A DNA stretch of 64,000 bases, taken from the NCBI GenBank assembly GCA_965649825.1, contig OZ287714.1, positions 124,001 through 188,000 of the forward strand. The letters run 5' to 3'. Shown one piece after another: positions 37,962-49,970 of the stretch. The DNA comes from Penicillus capitatus (taxonomy: Eukaryota > Plantae > Chlorophyta). Position numbers and translations under genes: made by a program. Under the pieces are notes generated by a model that searched no databases, was not told where the DNA came from, and saw only the letters and a program-made list of their open reading frames with translations. Position 1 is the first letter of the stretch; every line of letters starts with the position of its first letter.

Positions 37962-40695
37962 TTAGACGACAGTTTCCTCTGAAGAGACTTTCTTGCGTTT
38001 GGGATTCTTTTTCTTGGCACCGCGTTCGACGGGCTCCTTAACTCGATAGACACGCACCATCCAATGCTCTGAAGTGAAAGCCTCCTCAAAGTATCTGATC
38101 CGACAGTCCATGAGATATGCTTTGAATGCGAGGATGTACCGGAGGCGGATGTCTGTCTTGCCAATGACGGTATTGCGCACACGGTCGTATCCAAAACGGC
38201 CAGTCACGATCTTAGCTGCCTCCGCAAATCTGAGCATCTGTGGTGTGAAAGGAATCTGTTGGCATGAATGCAGATGGCAGACCTGTAGTAGGAGAGCTTG
38301 TAAAGGAGGCATTCTCTTAGGGCAGGACCCATCGATTCGTCTACGGTATAGCTCCCTCTGGCATTCAGGTAATCGGGTTCACGGATTTCTGGAAAGACCC
38401 CGCCGCCAATGCGCACCATCCATAGAAACTTGTTGACGTCGTCGGATGGATAGCCAATGTAACCGCCGAACACGACGAAGACATAATCGACGTCCAGTGA
38501 TCGATAGATCTTCCAGGCCTTTCTTTCGGAAGAGGCCATGGCACGACCAATGGTGGCGATGTGTGTGTTGTTCCACGTGTTGTTGTCCACCATGACGGTC
38601 CTATTGGCCATTGCCGTTGTCTGGTAGCCATAATCCCACCAACTAGCAATCTTGCTGTTCTCATCCGTGTTGTGCCGCATCCACGAATAGGCCTCACGGA
38701 AGTCATCGAACACATAGAACGATCCATCTCTGCACCACACAGTCGGGACAGATCGGTAAGTAGATCAAGGCATGGTGTAGATAGAACGTGTGACCTTTGT
38801 CGGGATTGAAGGACGATCGATGGAGCCGAATACATCTCCGAACTGACCCACGTGGAATGCATCTAGAAGGTCACTTGTGGCGACGATAGAAGATGGAGAA
38901 GAGATGGACTGTGTAGAAGCTGAGAAGAACTCCGATGGCCAATAGGCTGATGCCCGTCTCAAATCTCGGCACGTGCCTGCGTTGGAAATCTCTGGCATCT
39001 CTGGGTGCTCTTTCTTTCTTGAGTGTTCTGAACAACATCGACATATCAGAGCAGCCGCCATAGCATGGATTGAAGCACCTTTTCGGAGATTTTGCCGATT
39101 TTTTGCGCTCCTCTGCTGGCGGCTCTTCGTGGAGCTCCTCCGGTGGAGCACTGAGGCAAGCTGATATGTAATCTAGACAATTGGAGAGAGCTACGGCAGC
39201 CAAACCGCAGGCGGCAGGTGCAAGCACCAACATCAAACGCACCTGCACACTCCGCATCTCATTAACAAAATTCAAACGGCAGACGCATACCATCACGCCA
39301 GAAAAGTAGACGGAAGTCAATCCGTAGAGCAGGAGAAAGAGCGAGGCATCTGTCAGAGGTAGAAAGCAGGAGATGAATCCAGCAGGCAATAAGAGCACCA
39401 GGATGTGGATATCCATAAAGTAAGATGCCCATGTCGGCGGCTGATGCTCACTGACACTGGCAATGATGGGAATGTATTTGGATGCATACGTTGGATCCAA
39501 CAGAGACAGACTGCGTCCCGTCCAGCCAAACGTCGGCGATGAAATAACGGCCGTGACAATCACCAACGAGGATACAGCCAACAGAGCAGCCCCAGTTGTC
39601 AGCAGAAGTGTCTTGGCCTGTTTGAACTGACGTTCGGGGAGTGTGTTCTTGATCCATTCGGTGAAGAGATGTGCATGGAGAATTCCGAATGTCAAGAACG
39701 CGCCAAAATGCTCCGACATCAGAACAGCATTGAAGCCGACGACCGGGATCGAGGCCGAAAGCAAGGTGCCCAACACAATCAACGGCGCATAGGCAACGTA
39801 GATTCGGGGGTTCATCCGTCCCGTAAAGATCGATGCCAGACAGTGAATCGGGATCAGGTTGATAATGAATGTATAGGCACCCCAGGACATCACCTAGATC
39901 ACGTCCTGTTGTATTGGAGATCATACTCGTGTGTCTACCATGTAGAGATAAGCCAGAGCAGTGGCTGTTGCCCACGAAAGAGATCCAGTATTGAGTGTCT
40001 AGGCACAAGGGGAGAGAAACGATACTTGGATCTCGGTGTCAATGGTAGGATTACTTTGACAAAGAGATAGAAGACGAAGACAAGGGCGAAGATGGCCACA
40101 GCTTCGTTGTCATACGATCCGGCGACGGAACGAGAAATGTAGGAAGGGACGCAGCTGACAAAAGCAGCTGCCAATAAACCCGGTCCACTTCCACGAATCT
40201 CGCGAACAAATCCATACATCGCCAATGCACAGAACGCAGAGAACAGAGGCGCTGTAAACACACACACCTACAACCACCATCACTCCCAAACGCGATGATG
40301 ATGCCCTTTGCTCACACCTCCTGCACATTCAGTGGAATATTGAAAAAATGCAGGAGCTTGTACATGAAGCCAGCCGTGAAGGTAAGGCCCTGTATGCGGA
40401 GACCACCACATTCGTTTCAAGACAGGGGATAGAGGGGGTTGCTGCGCACTGGGTACATCGTTCCTCCAATGACGCGTCCCAGTGGATACCAGGTTCTGTC
40501 ATCGAAGAAGTTCCACAAATTATAGAATCCCTCTTTTGTCAAGAACTGGGTGACGCGGTAGTTGAAGTAGGGATCGAATTCGTGGATGACGCTTTCGTAT
40601 TTGAAGACAGAGAAGAGTCGGATGATGAAAGCATAAGCACAGATCAACAGCAGCGTCAGGCCACTGACCAATTTGCCTAGCGCGTCATGTGCCAT
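37962..40695 (-). CDS. STT3: Oligosaccharyltransferase catalytic subunit STT3, spliced
   Basis: [62 protein letters not shown]. Confidence 0.98.
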
Positions 40696-40750
40696 GGTCT
40701 GAAGAGGAACGCTCCGGACGAAAGCGGCGGCGTCATGTCAACATGATGAT

Positions 40751-42208
40751 GTGACGTTTCTAGTAAAGGCAAAATTAGAGTGGCGTTTCCCATCGAAAGC
40801 ACGTACATACCTTATGTCCCAGAGCGTCGTGAGTTCCAGCGTTGGATCCGTATCCATGTCGCGCAGTCGCGACCGCCGGAGCGTTTCGTCATCGTTGACC
40901 GAGGCGCAGGAGACGACGGATCGATGGCTCGAGCAGTTTCTTAACGAGATGGATTCGGCGTTGCCTTACAAACGTCATCGAGTGACGATTGCTCTGCCTT
41001 GCCAGAAACGTCAGAGACAGGGATCGTCACGCGATTGGGAATGGGTTCTTTGTCAGCTCAGTGCGCCGCTCGCCGCCTGTTTGACGCAACGAAGCGACCT
41101 GGCGGCGCATCGGGCGTGTCGTCAGTTGAGTCGCGCCTGTCGTCTGGCTTTCAGTTGCGCAACGCGTCGTTTGACGATTCGAAACGTCACATCAAAACGA
41201 CTCGCGACTTCTTTGCTGACAGCGTTCAAGAGCGTAACAGCTGTGCACGTGTCCCATCACGTTGGCTATCTGCATTCGAAACTGCGACTCTGTACGCAAC
41301 TGCGGGAACTCTCGTTCGAACCTGTACATTCTGCTGGACATAAAGAAGATCAGCTCTCGATTATCCGTTCTCTTCATCGACTTGAGAAATTAAGACTCTG
41401 GGGACCGATTGGAGGCACTTCCGTAGGACTGAAGCATCTCACAGCGCTCAGGAACCTTACTTCGTTGTCTCTCGGTTCCAAGCTGCAGATACATGGATCC
41501 GATCTATACATCTTTGCCTCTTGCTGGAAACTTCAGACGCTGGAACTCGTGGGATGCACATCGCTGGACGATTCTGGACTTTCCGTTTTTTCTCAACTTA
41601 CCATTTTGACGACGCTGCGATTGAGCATCGCCATTGACGGTCATTGTCGCGTTTCGTCGACAGGCATTCGATTTCTGAGCCATTTGACGACTCTCTGCTC
41701 ACTCGACTTGGCTCGATTCACCACACTGAGAGAGTCAGATCTCACTCATCTCTCACACTTACTGCAGTTGACTCAGATAAAGCTGAACGGTCTTCATGGA
41801 ATGGCCTACACAACTGGCTGGTGTGTCCCATCACTCATCACCCTTCGAGAGCTCTCGCTCAGACACCTGCCGTCTTTGGAAGATGTAGCTCTCGTTCCTC
41901 TGTCTCAGTTGACGCAGCTTACCACACTACATGTGGGCAATTGCCCGAACGCCACAGATGCAACAGTGGCGGCGCTCTGTACATTAGATCGACTGGAACA
42001 TCTCAAGATCGATCGGTTTCCCTGGCTTACGGAACAGGGTCTGGACGCACTGCTTCACATGACCTCCATCCAAACGCTGAAGGTGACGGGAGTGTACAGT
42101 ATCTCGGGAGACGCATTCTGTGAAGCTGTTGTGAACAATGGTCTCTCTTACGACGTCGACGCATGGAGACACCAAATCATTCTCCTTTCCAAGCACTGTA
42201 CTGCCTAG
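40751..42208 (+). CDS. Intron-free RNI-like LRR protein (F-box/LRR type); true start may be ~40814
   Basis: Repeats such as LKHLTALRNLTSLSL, LQTLELVGCTSLDDSGL, LTTLHVGNCPNATD; ACRQLSRA segment near the N-terminus. Confidence 0.75.
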   Translation: MTFLVKAKLEWRFPSKARTYLMSQSVVSSSVGSVSMSRSRDRRSVSSSLTEAQETTDRWLEQFLNEMDSALPYKRHRVTIALPCQKRQRQGSSRDWEWVLCQLSAPLAACLTQRSDLAAHRACRQLSRACRLAFSCATRRLTIRNVTSKRLATSLLTAFKSVTAVHVSHHVGYLHSKLRLCTQLRELSFEPVHSAGHKEDQLSIIRSLHRLEKLRLWGPIGGTSVGLKHLTALRNLTSLSLGSKLQIHGSDLYIFASCWKLQTLELVGCTSLDDSGLSVFSQLTILTTLRLSIAIDGHCRVSSTGIRFLSHLTTLCSLDLARFTTLRESDLTHLSHLLQLTQIKLNGLHGMAYTTGWCVPSLITLRELSLRHLPSLEDVALVPLSQLTQLTTLHVGNCPNATDATVAALCTLDRLEHLKIDRFPWLTEQGLDALLHMTSIQTLKVTGVYSISGDAFCEAVVNNGLSYDVDAWRHQIILLSKHCTA

Positions 42209-42371
42209 AATTGTTTTTTTTTCTCACTGCAGGACTGCATGAACGATCGAATCAAGTTGTCATAGTTACGCTTACCAATGTAATTTCGTGGTTGACGCGA
42301 CACTGTGTGAGCGAAGACGCGATTGGTATCGCGTTCAGCCACTATCACCACTGCAAATAGCATCTGTCACT

Positions 42372-43748
42372 ATGATGCCGCTGTCAGGAATGGTAGAACA
42401 CGAACCTTGCGGGAGGCTTGGCGTGAGACGCTTCACTTTTCTAGGCGGCCGCGAACGGCACGGACAGACGCAGCATCTCTGATAGACGGTCAGATAGAGA
42501 AGAACGCAATGCACTCGACCGGCACAAAGCGCTGGGCAATTCTGGTCTGCGTGTCTCTCCCCTCTGTCTAGTACTCGCCCAGCGCATCACGCACGAACTG
42601 TGTCCAAAAATGGTAAACACGTGTAGGGGACAATGACCTTTGGAACGCGATGGGTGCGTCTACTCGGCGCCTGTACACGCGAAGAAGCTGAGCTTATGTT
42701 TAACGACTATGTTTCCAAAGGAGGTATGGACTGACTGCAGTCAGAATGTATCGCCATATGGATGACTCGGCACTTTTCCAGGAAACTTCATCGACACGGC
42801 GAACAAGTATCAAGAAGGAGAGACGGAGACATGGGTAGGAGACATGATTCACAAAAGGGGAGGTCGAGATGGTCTTGTAATCTCCACAAAGTATTCCCTC
42901 CCTTTGCCGCTCGGCAATGTTAACTTTTGCGGCAACCATCGCAAGAACATGTTCTTTGCTCTGGAGAATTCGCTCAAACGACTGAGGACGGACTACATCG
43001 ACCTCTACTATGGTGCTTCCCTCCTTTGCCTTTTCGCGGACTCTATGTGTCTGTCTGTGTGGATGACGGCAGTACATTTTTGGGATCACAGCACGCCCGA
43101 GGTGGAAATTATGAGAGGTTTGGATGATCTGGTGCGAAGTGGCAAGGTTATGTACGTTGGCATTAGCGATACACCTGCCTGGGAGGTGTCACGATGCAAT
43201 ACCATAGCTGAGCATTTTGGATGGTCACCCTTCATCGCCTATCAAGGACGACATAACATCGGAGAACGCAGCATGGAACGGGAAATTATGCCGATGTGTC
43301 GCAAAATGGGCATTGGCATCACAACCTGGTCCGTCCTAGGTGCTGGGAAGTACTCTGGACGGTAACATTTTCCTCTCGCTCACTGATCTCGGAATCTGAG
43401 ATCCATCGATTTAGGTTGTCTAGAGATGGCTTGCACAAAAACATGTCAGAACAGGATTACAACATCAATGAAGCAGTGAACACCATTGCAGAAGAAATTA
43501 ACCGAACGCCAACGCAAGTTGTCCTCAATTGGGAAATGCAGCAACCAGGAATTGCTTCGCCTGTTCTGGGCGTGCGCAACATGAGTCACCTAGATGAACA
43601 GCTGCGTTCATTGGAGTTCACTCTGTCGGAAGAGCAGATGGCCATACTGAACACGGCTGCCCGTTGCGATCTCGGGTTTCCGCTCGATTTCATTGGTACC
43701 ACGTACGATTCCTGCCCATGGGTCAACTGGAAAGCACCGCCGCCTTGA
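42372..43748 (+). CDS. Aldo-keto reductase (aryl-alcohol dehydrogenase-like), spliced
   Basis: LGNSGLRVSPLCL|GTMTFG, GNFIDTANKY, ENSLKRLRTDYIDLY, YVGISDTPAW, SPVLGVRN. Confidence 0.93.
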
Positions 43749-43882
43749 TCTGAATGGTGCTCACCGTCCCTTTGCAAACACCATCTCATTCTTTCGCTCC
43801 TCTGTCTTTCGTTTCATCATTGGACTCGTACCAACGCTTGTGAAGTAAACGTGTCGTACGTGTGTTACATCGGTCGATTGCT

Positions 43883-45282
43883 ATGGAATCGTTGAGCAGC
43901 GTCTTCGCTCAGAGATCGACGGGAACAGGCCTCTCTCTTTCGCGATGTGGATTCCGGACGAAACGGCGTTGTTGTTTGCACACACATACGTCGCTCGACA
44001 GGAGAGCGCTGCGTGTCGGAATGTCAAAACGCCTTACCGTAACAGCGACTGGCATCGCCGATCCCTCGGCAGTTGACGCTCTTGTTGGCAACGCAGTCGA
44101 TTTCGTCAAAGTGAGAGATCCATTGAGAGTGTCCGTATCTCACAGCTGCACGTGGCGATGAGTTCACCGGCGATGCCATCAAGCAAGCCATCGATCTCAT
44201 CTCCAAGGGAGAAGAGGTGATGCACCTCAGCCAGATGGAGGTTTGACATACTGACCCACCTGTCATTTCAGGTTGTGGAGAAGTTCTTGCCATTGATATC
44301 AGATGTCATTGACAAAGCTTCACCGGTGGCTAGACAAGTCACGAAATCCGCTGTGGATATCTCTTCGACGGCCATCACGGCAGCAGCTCCCGTTGTCAAA
44401 GTCGTTTTGGTGTCGCATCTATGGGCGTCACGGATGAGATGCTTCGTTGTGTGACCAGGAAGCTGTCAAGACGGCATCCAGTGTTCTTTCGGAACAGGGT
44501 GTAGATGTGACAGATGTCCAGGAGAAGACAGGGACTGTCGTTCGGACGGCATCCGGCGTTGCTGCACCTGCTGTTAAATCGTCTGTCAGCTTCCTAACAG
44601 CTACGGAGCCAATCGTTCTGGGCTATTATGCTTTGGCAGCACTGGGTGTCTATTTTTTCGGGCCCGCCTTACTATCCTTCGTCATCGGTGTGAGCAGAGG
44701 CTATGCAGGAGACATTTCACCGGCCGGTGCACTGGACACCCTCATCACCAAGGGCGATGCTTTTATCATCGACATTCGCACTTCTGTACCTTCCTTCCTC
44801 TTTTGGAAGGAAACGATGACTGCACTGTGCTGATGTAGAGTGAGAAAGAGCGGGTGGGTGTGTTGGATGTTCCAGGAAATGTGACCGGACAGTTGATCGA
44901 ATTGGAATTTGCCTTCACAGAGAATCGCAAACTACGTGGACAGTTGGCGAATCCTGATGACGTCGAGAATCGTGTCACTGCTTTGCAAATTGCTGCTCTG
45001 AGACGTCTGTCGAGATCTTCTGAGGTTTTCTTGCTGGATGCAAATGGCAGCGTATCTAAGAAAGTGGCCAGGCAACTAAATAGATTGGGGTTTGCCAAGT
45101 GCTTTGTGATATCGGGTGGTTACGCCGGATGGTTACGAGCAAAACTGCAAACGAAACCATCGCCAGCCGTCTACCGACCGGAAGTCGTCTCCCCTGCCAC
45201 AGTACTGGGCACAGTACTCGGAGGGACAATGCAAAGAAGAGTGACTACGGAGAATCAAAAATCTCTGCCACCTGGGAAGTGA
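43883..45282 (+). CDS. CAS: Chloroplast calcium-sensing receptor CAS (thylakoid TM + rhodanese-like domain), spliced
   Basis: Transit peptide, one TM, RGYAGDISPAGALD, IDIR, ALQIAALRRL, VARQL..LGF..CFVISGGY.GWL. Confidence 0.85.
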
Positions 45283-45583
45283 AAATATCAAGGGTCGCGG
45301 ATGTTGGTTGGAGGATTGGAATTTCTTTTTGTCACAGAAGAACCCTCTCTGGAATCTTGTTGACTCGAATGTCGCTAGCGGACTCACTTTGTCACCAATT
45401 GATTGGTGAACTGGGCATTGCTGTTCGGAGCTTTGGTCGGTAACTACGACGCCTGTTAGAATGCATAACCGTTCGATTGTCGTGAGCCTTTCGCGAACTG
45501 GGAATAGATAGCAAGAGAAACCCGACAGTTGGATATTTTATTTATAAGAATATTGCTCTTTGTCCTCGTCCCGAAAACAAAGT

Positions 45584-45846
45584 ATGCGGCTTGTCGTGTG
45601 TGTCTTGGTGCTCTGCACCCTTGCAATAACGTATTTGGACGCCGCGCGTGTAAGCCCATCATCTCGCTTTTCAGAACTGGCCGCGTCTACCCGAGAGCGG
45701 AGAACTCTGTTGGACGAACAGGTAACAGTCATGCGATTTATGCCTGCCATGCATGAACTCGTTTATGTACACAGGCACCAGTTTCGGGAACAGCAACGAA
45801 GTTGACATGTACGGCTCTCAAGTTTTTGCTCGAACCGAAACTCTAA
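45584..45846 (+). CDS. Small (69 aa) secreted prepropeptide candidate, two exons
   Basis: Exon 45584..45721 (MRLVVCVLVLCTLAITYLDA...ERRTLLDEQ), GT-AG intron 45722..45774, exon 45775..45846 (APVSGTATKLTCTALKFLLEPKL*). Confidence 0.55.
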
Positions 45847-46337
45847 AGTGTGTCAGTAGATACACCTACAGAAGTGAAAGCCACTGTGCAAGCATACGCG
45901 AGTTCTCCCGCAGAAAAATTGCGCTGTTCCGCTTGCTATCCGTGCTGGTTTTGTTTCCCAGCTTGGTGGTGCCGCCGAAGATGTCGTTAGTAAGCAAATA
46001 ATAAAAGAATAAAAAGAGAAACGAGCCACGCGTTTTTGTGGTTTAAATTTTTACTCCAGTGATTTACAATTGTGATACTGCCCCAAGAAAACAAACAATC
46101 TTGTACCAAGACCCTATCTAATCGTGACCCCTGTCTACCCTCTTCATACCTCTCGAGTCGAGTAACTTGACGATCGAACATAGAAACAATAACGTGATAA
46201 ACTGACGGGGGTCGTTGTTACGAGTCCTTCAAGGAGTGCAGCAGGAAGAACAGACAGGCCGACACGTCCTCCGGCAACACCACCAGCAGTCGATCCATTG
46301 TTACATACAGAAAATCATCGCATCGCTTTCATCGACG

Positions 46338-47410
46338 ATGCGTTTGGCGTTAACGCAAATACGGCCACAGCGAACAATCTTTCACCCGAGATTTCGTGAG
46401 GCGCTCCTCTATCGTTCGCACTTTGTGGATCATCGTTCTGCTTTTAGCACTGAACGAAGGCATTCGAGCTTCTGTCCATATGGAACCGAAGACGGAGAAG
46501 TATTACAAACATGGACTCGTGTCGCTCTCAGAAAGTACTTACTGCCTTCCGTCTCTGTTTCTCCTCATGACGTCTGGCATCACCCTTGTGATCTCCCGCA
46601 TCACCAGACATGAAGATGGAGGGCATCATTTCTGGCATGAGTGATTTCGCGAATGTACCGTTCGCTTCATCCGCATTCGTCAAACCTGCTTCGGTGACAT
46701 TTCGACAGTCCATTGGAAACAACAGTTTGTGGATACTATTGATCAGCATCACCATACAGCTGTTGATTTGTTAGGTCGGCTAAGGAAATGGGATTACATC
46801 GAAGTGCATGACAGTATTGCTGTTCTCCTTTACGAAAGAGACAAGGATGCTGTCCTCATGGTGCGGCAGTTCAGACCAACCGTCTACGCCAGAGCTCTAA
46901 GAAGAGCAAGAGCGTGCAAGCAGCCAGAACCTACATTTCATGCAGGTATCTGGGACAATGAGATAGCCTACCGATTCGCCATCCCTATTCCGTAGGATTC
47001 ACCTATGAGCTCTGCGCTGGTTTAGTCGACAAGGACAAGAGTCTCGAAGAGATTGCTCATGAAGAGATATTGGAAGAGTGTGGATACAATGTGCCAACGT
47101 CTTCAATCAAAGAGATAACCCGTTTCATCAGTGCCATTGGCACAGCAGGCACTGAACAGACGCTCTTTTTCGCAGAGGCATCTAATTCAATCCAGATTTG
47201 TCGATGGATGTCCTCATATGGGCGCTTTAGGTGACGGATGACATGCGACATCAAGATGGAGGAGGAGCCGACCACGATGGCGAAGCGATTGAACTCATCG
47301 CGCTTCCCTATGATAACATAGATGCGTTCCTCTTCGACACTTCTTTGCCAAAGAGCACAGGGTTGATGTTTTCATTTAAATGGTTGCAAGAACATCTAAA
47401 GAAAGGATAA
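46338..47410 (+). CDS. NUDT14: Nudix hydrolase, UDP/ADP-sugar pyrophosphatase type, spliced
   Basis: KWDYIEVHDSIAVLL, VRQFRP, TYELCAGLVDKDKSLEEIAHEEILEECGY, FAE|VTDDM, GEAIELI. Confidence 0.88.
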
Positions 47411-47463
47411 TTGATTGAAGAGCTTAAATAGCCTCGTATGAAGGAAAAGGAGAGTGGATGTGT

Positions 47464-48981
47464 TTAGACTTGAATGTACGTGTTTTGATCAGAAGATGTG
47501 GTCCACGTCTTTTCATTGTCTGTGAACGTGGTGATCATCTCTAGGGAGACGATAGGCTGATCGTACGGCACCATGTGTCCGCATTGTTCAATCTTCAGAA
47601 ACGTCAATGGACCCTGAGTCTGAATCTCTCCGGCCCGTTTGCCGTTCACCGTCCAGATCTCTTTGGCTGCCTCTTTCCATTCCGCAGCCGACGTCCATTC
47701 CATGGCTTCGACCCAGTCTCGAATGCCGATGTAATTGCAGATGAGATCCTGATCGCCTACGTAGACCAATATCGGCAAACCCTTGTCCAGAAGACTGGCC
47801 ACTGAAGGCGTCGTGTCTGTTGCCATGTCCCAGTACATAGAGAAAAGGACGTCGTCGTTACAATCCTTCCATGTAATGTGTTCTGGAATCTGAAATCGCT
47901 TCTTCACCTGAGGCTGATTCATGAACGCATTCAGGTTCGTCACATTATAGCAGCCGTCCACCAAGCACTCGCCACGAATATCATAATAATTGATCGTGGG
48001 ATACAGATCAAATATTGGATAGAGCATGGTATTCTCGCAGAAACCATAAGCGATTTCGCACAAGACCTTCGTCGCAGCAAAGTCGAAAGGATCACAAAGC
48101 TTCATGTCGTTAGCACAGAACTTCCAGTATTCCAAGATATTATTTTTGGTTTTTTCGTCGATCAGTCCCATCTTGTACTCATAGACAGGATAGGAACGGT
48201 ACTGCAGTGAAGGATTTGTCCACGGATCACCCAAAGCCATCGCCTCCAGAGGGATATGCATCTCGTCTCCCTTCTCATTGGCATCTAAGATGCGATTTGC
48301 AATTGCTGGAAGATAGTGGCCAGCATACGATTCTCCGGCAAGAAAAAGCGGCTTCTGCTTTACCTCTGGGTGTTTTTTGTAGAAGGCATAGAAGAACTGG
48401 AGAATGTGTTCGGCTACCTGCTCTTCTGTGATCACTTTGTCGTCTTCGGAACCGTAACTGAATCCCACATCCAGGGGATGGTCCACAAAGATGATGTTGT
48501 ATGCTGTATCCCAGCCGTGAGGATTCCAACAGAGAGTCAGGTCGTCCAGGATTCGGTATGGACCGTTCTCCATAAAGAGACCAAAGAATGAGGAGCATCC
48601 AGGTCCGCCATTTGTCCAGAAGAGGAGCGGCGCATCAGAGTCGTTGTTTCTGTTTCTGAAGTACATGTAGAAGAGATGACCATCCACTGTTCCGTCGATA
48701 GTGAAGTAGCCTCCGCTATGGGCATCCGGTTTGAGAAACTGAAAAGAATCTTCGTTGGCCGCCGTCATCGACATCAGCTGCGCCATGTCGAGGTCCCACT
48801 CGACAATGCGCCCGCCGCCGAGACATAAAGTCAGTAGGGATAGACAATAGAGACGCCAGACGAGTTTCGTGGAAGTCGACTCATAAAACACAGTCGTCAT
48901 GTTTGCCGGAATTATGAGAACACGATCTCTGTTTAACGATGTCTCCATTATTCGCATCTTACTTTTGCGTTCTCGAAACAT
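47464..48981 (-). CDS. Serine carboxypeptidase (S10), intron-free
   Basis: WTNGGPGCSS, GESYAGHY, GDQDLICN, GHMVPYDQP. Confidence 0.96.
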   Translation of the reverse strand: MFRERKSKMRIMETSLNRDRVLIIPANMTTVFYESTSTKLVWRLYCLSLLTLCLGGGRIVEWDLDMAQLMSMTAANEDSFQFLKPDAHSGGYFTIDGTVDGHLFYMYFRNRNNDSDAPLLFWTNGGPGCSSFFGLFMENGPYRILDDLTLCWNPHGWDTAYNIIFVDHPLDVGFSYGSEDDKVITEEQVAEHILQFFYAFYKKHPEVKQKPLFLAGESYAGHYLPAIANRILDANEKGDEMHIPLEAMALGDPWTNPSLQYRSYPVYEYKMGLIDEKTKNNILEYWKFCANDMKLCDPFDFAATKVLCEIAYGFCENTMLYPIFDLYPTINYYDIRGECLVDGCYNVTNLNAFMNQPQVKKRFQIPEHITWKDCNDDVLFSMYWDMATDTTPSVASLLDKGLPILVYVGDQDLICNYIGIRDWVEAMEWTSAAEWKEAAKEIWTVNGKRAGEIQTQGPLTFLKIEQCGHMVPYDQPIVSLEMITTFTDNEKTWTTSSDQNTYIQV

Positions 48982-49253
48982 CTCGATGGCGATCTTATCT
49001 TGCGTGCGACGCAGACCAACAATGGATATCGATTACTAGCAGGTCTCCCTCGACATCAAACAAGTCTACGACTCGGCGGACAGGAGAAACCTTCCGTCAC
49101 ACTGTCTCCTACGCCATGCAAACTCCCAGTCGACTTGTCAGTCTTGTACCCTTTTTCTGCAAAAACGAAGCGTGACCTTAACAGTTCAAAAACACAAGCA
49201 CTCATACAAGGTTTAGCTCTGTGATCACAAGTTGAATATCATCGACCCTTTTC

Positions 49254-49436
49254 CTACACACGTCGGCACTCTGGCCGAGCCATGCGGAAGATCAGTCGAA
49301 ACAGCATATTACATGCGGAATTACATATTCCGTTGATGGTCAGACCAAAGAAATAAAGGACAACAAGGGTTGCAAAAACCTTATCAAGAAAGGAAAAATG
49401 GACACTCGGATGGAGAATGTCCTTTAACTTATCCAA
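49254..49436 (-). CDS. Possible 60-aa single-pass membrane microprotein
   Basis: One hydrophobic stretch (VFATLVVLYFFGLTI); TGGGCC site-II-like motif ~55 bp upstream. No homology recognised. Confidence 0.25.
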   Translation of the reverse strand: MDKLKDILHPSVHFSFLDKVFATLVVLYFFGLTINGICNSACNMLFRLIFRMARPECRRV

Positions 49437-49522
49437 GACTACTAATCGTGATACGTTTTAGCTGCCTCAAGAAAGCCCGACCAATTTTTGGGCCTTCATT
49501 GCGATCAGAAATTTAGTTTTTG

Positions 49523-49533
49523 ACGTTGCGTCT
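49523..49533 (+). repeat. Target-site duplication, 5' copy (ACGTTGCGTCT)
   Basis: Exact 11-mer repeated at 53266..53276. Confidence 0.8.
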
Positions 49534-49542
49534 CTGAACGGG

Positions 49543-49932
49543 GTGGTTTTCGCTTGCAACTGTCAGTACCGGCTTGGGAAGCTCTCGCTGCGACGTCTGA
49601 CATGCAATTCAAACGGCACCTGGCACAAGCGAGCCCAAACGGGAGGCCCCTCCGGACCGTCCTTCATCGGCAGCGTCGACAAATCGATCACTGTGGACGA
49701 GATCAAAGAAGAGCTGATCAAGAACACGGAGATACATGAACTTCCACCGTCCGAAGCCCAGAAGGCAATAACAGAAATCGCGCGTCTCAAGCGAAGAAAC
49801 CCGGACACAGAAGAGCTCGAGGACTCGTTCACAATACGAGTCTACGCCAACGAAGACAGGGGGCTCTCGTGGGCCGAAGCTGTGGAACGGGAAGTCCAGC
49901 GGAAGCAGCCCTCCTCCTCCTCCGCCCAGTAA
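49543..49932 (+). pseudogene. LINE ORF1 remnant
   Basis: FIGSVDKSITVDEIKEELIKN...ITEIARLKRR...FTIRV resembles LINE ORF1 RNA-binding regions. No ATG start or zinc knuckle seen. Confidence 0.55.
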
Positions 49933-49970
49933 ACAGACCCTCGTGCTCACCGAAGGCGAGAAGACAGGCG

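Noticed and set aside
45987-46181. 64-aa minus-strand ORF with a hydrophobic end
   Set aside because: The hydrophobic tail derives from an A/T-rich tract; no other support.
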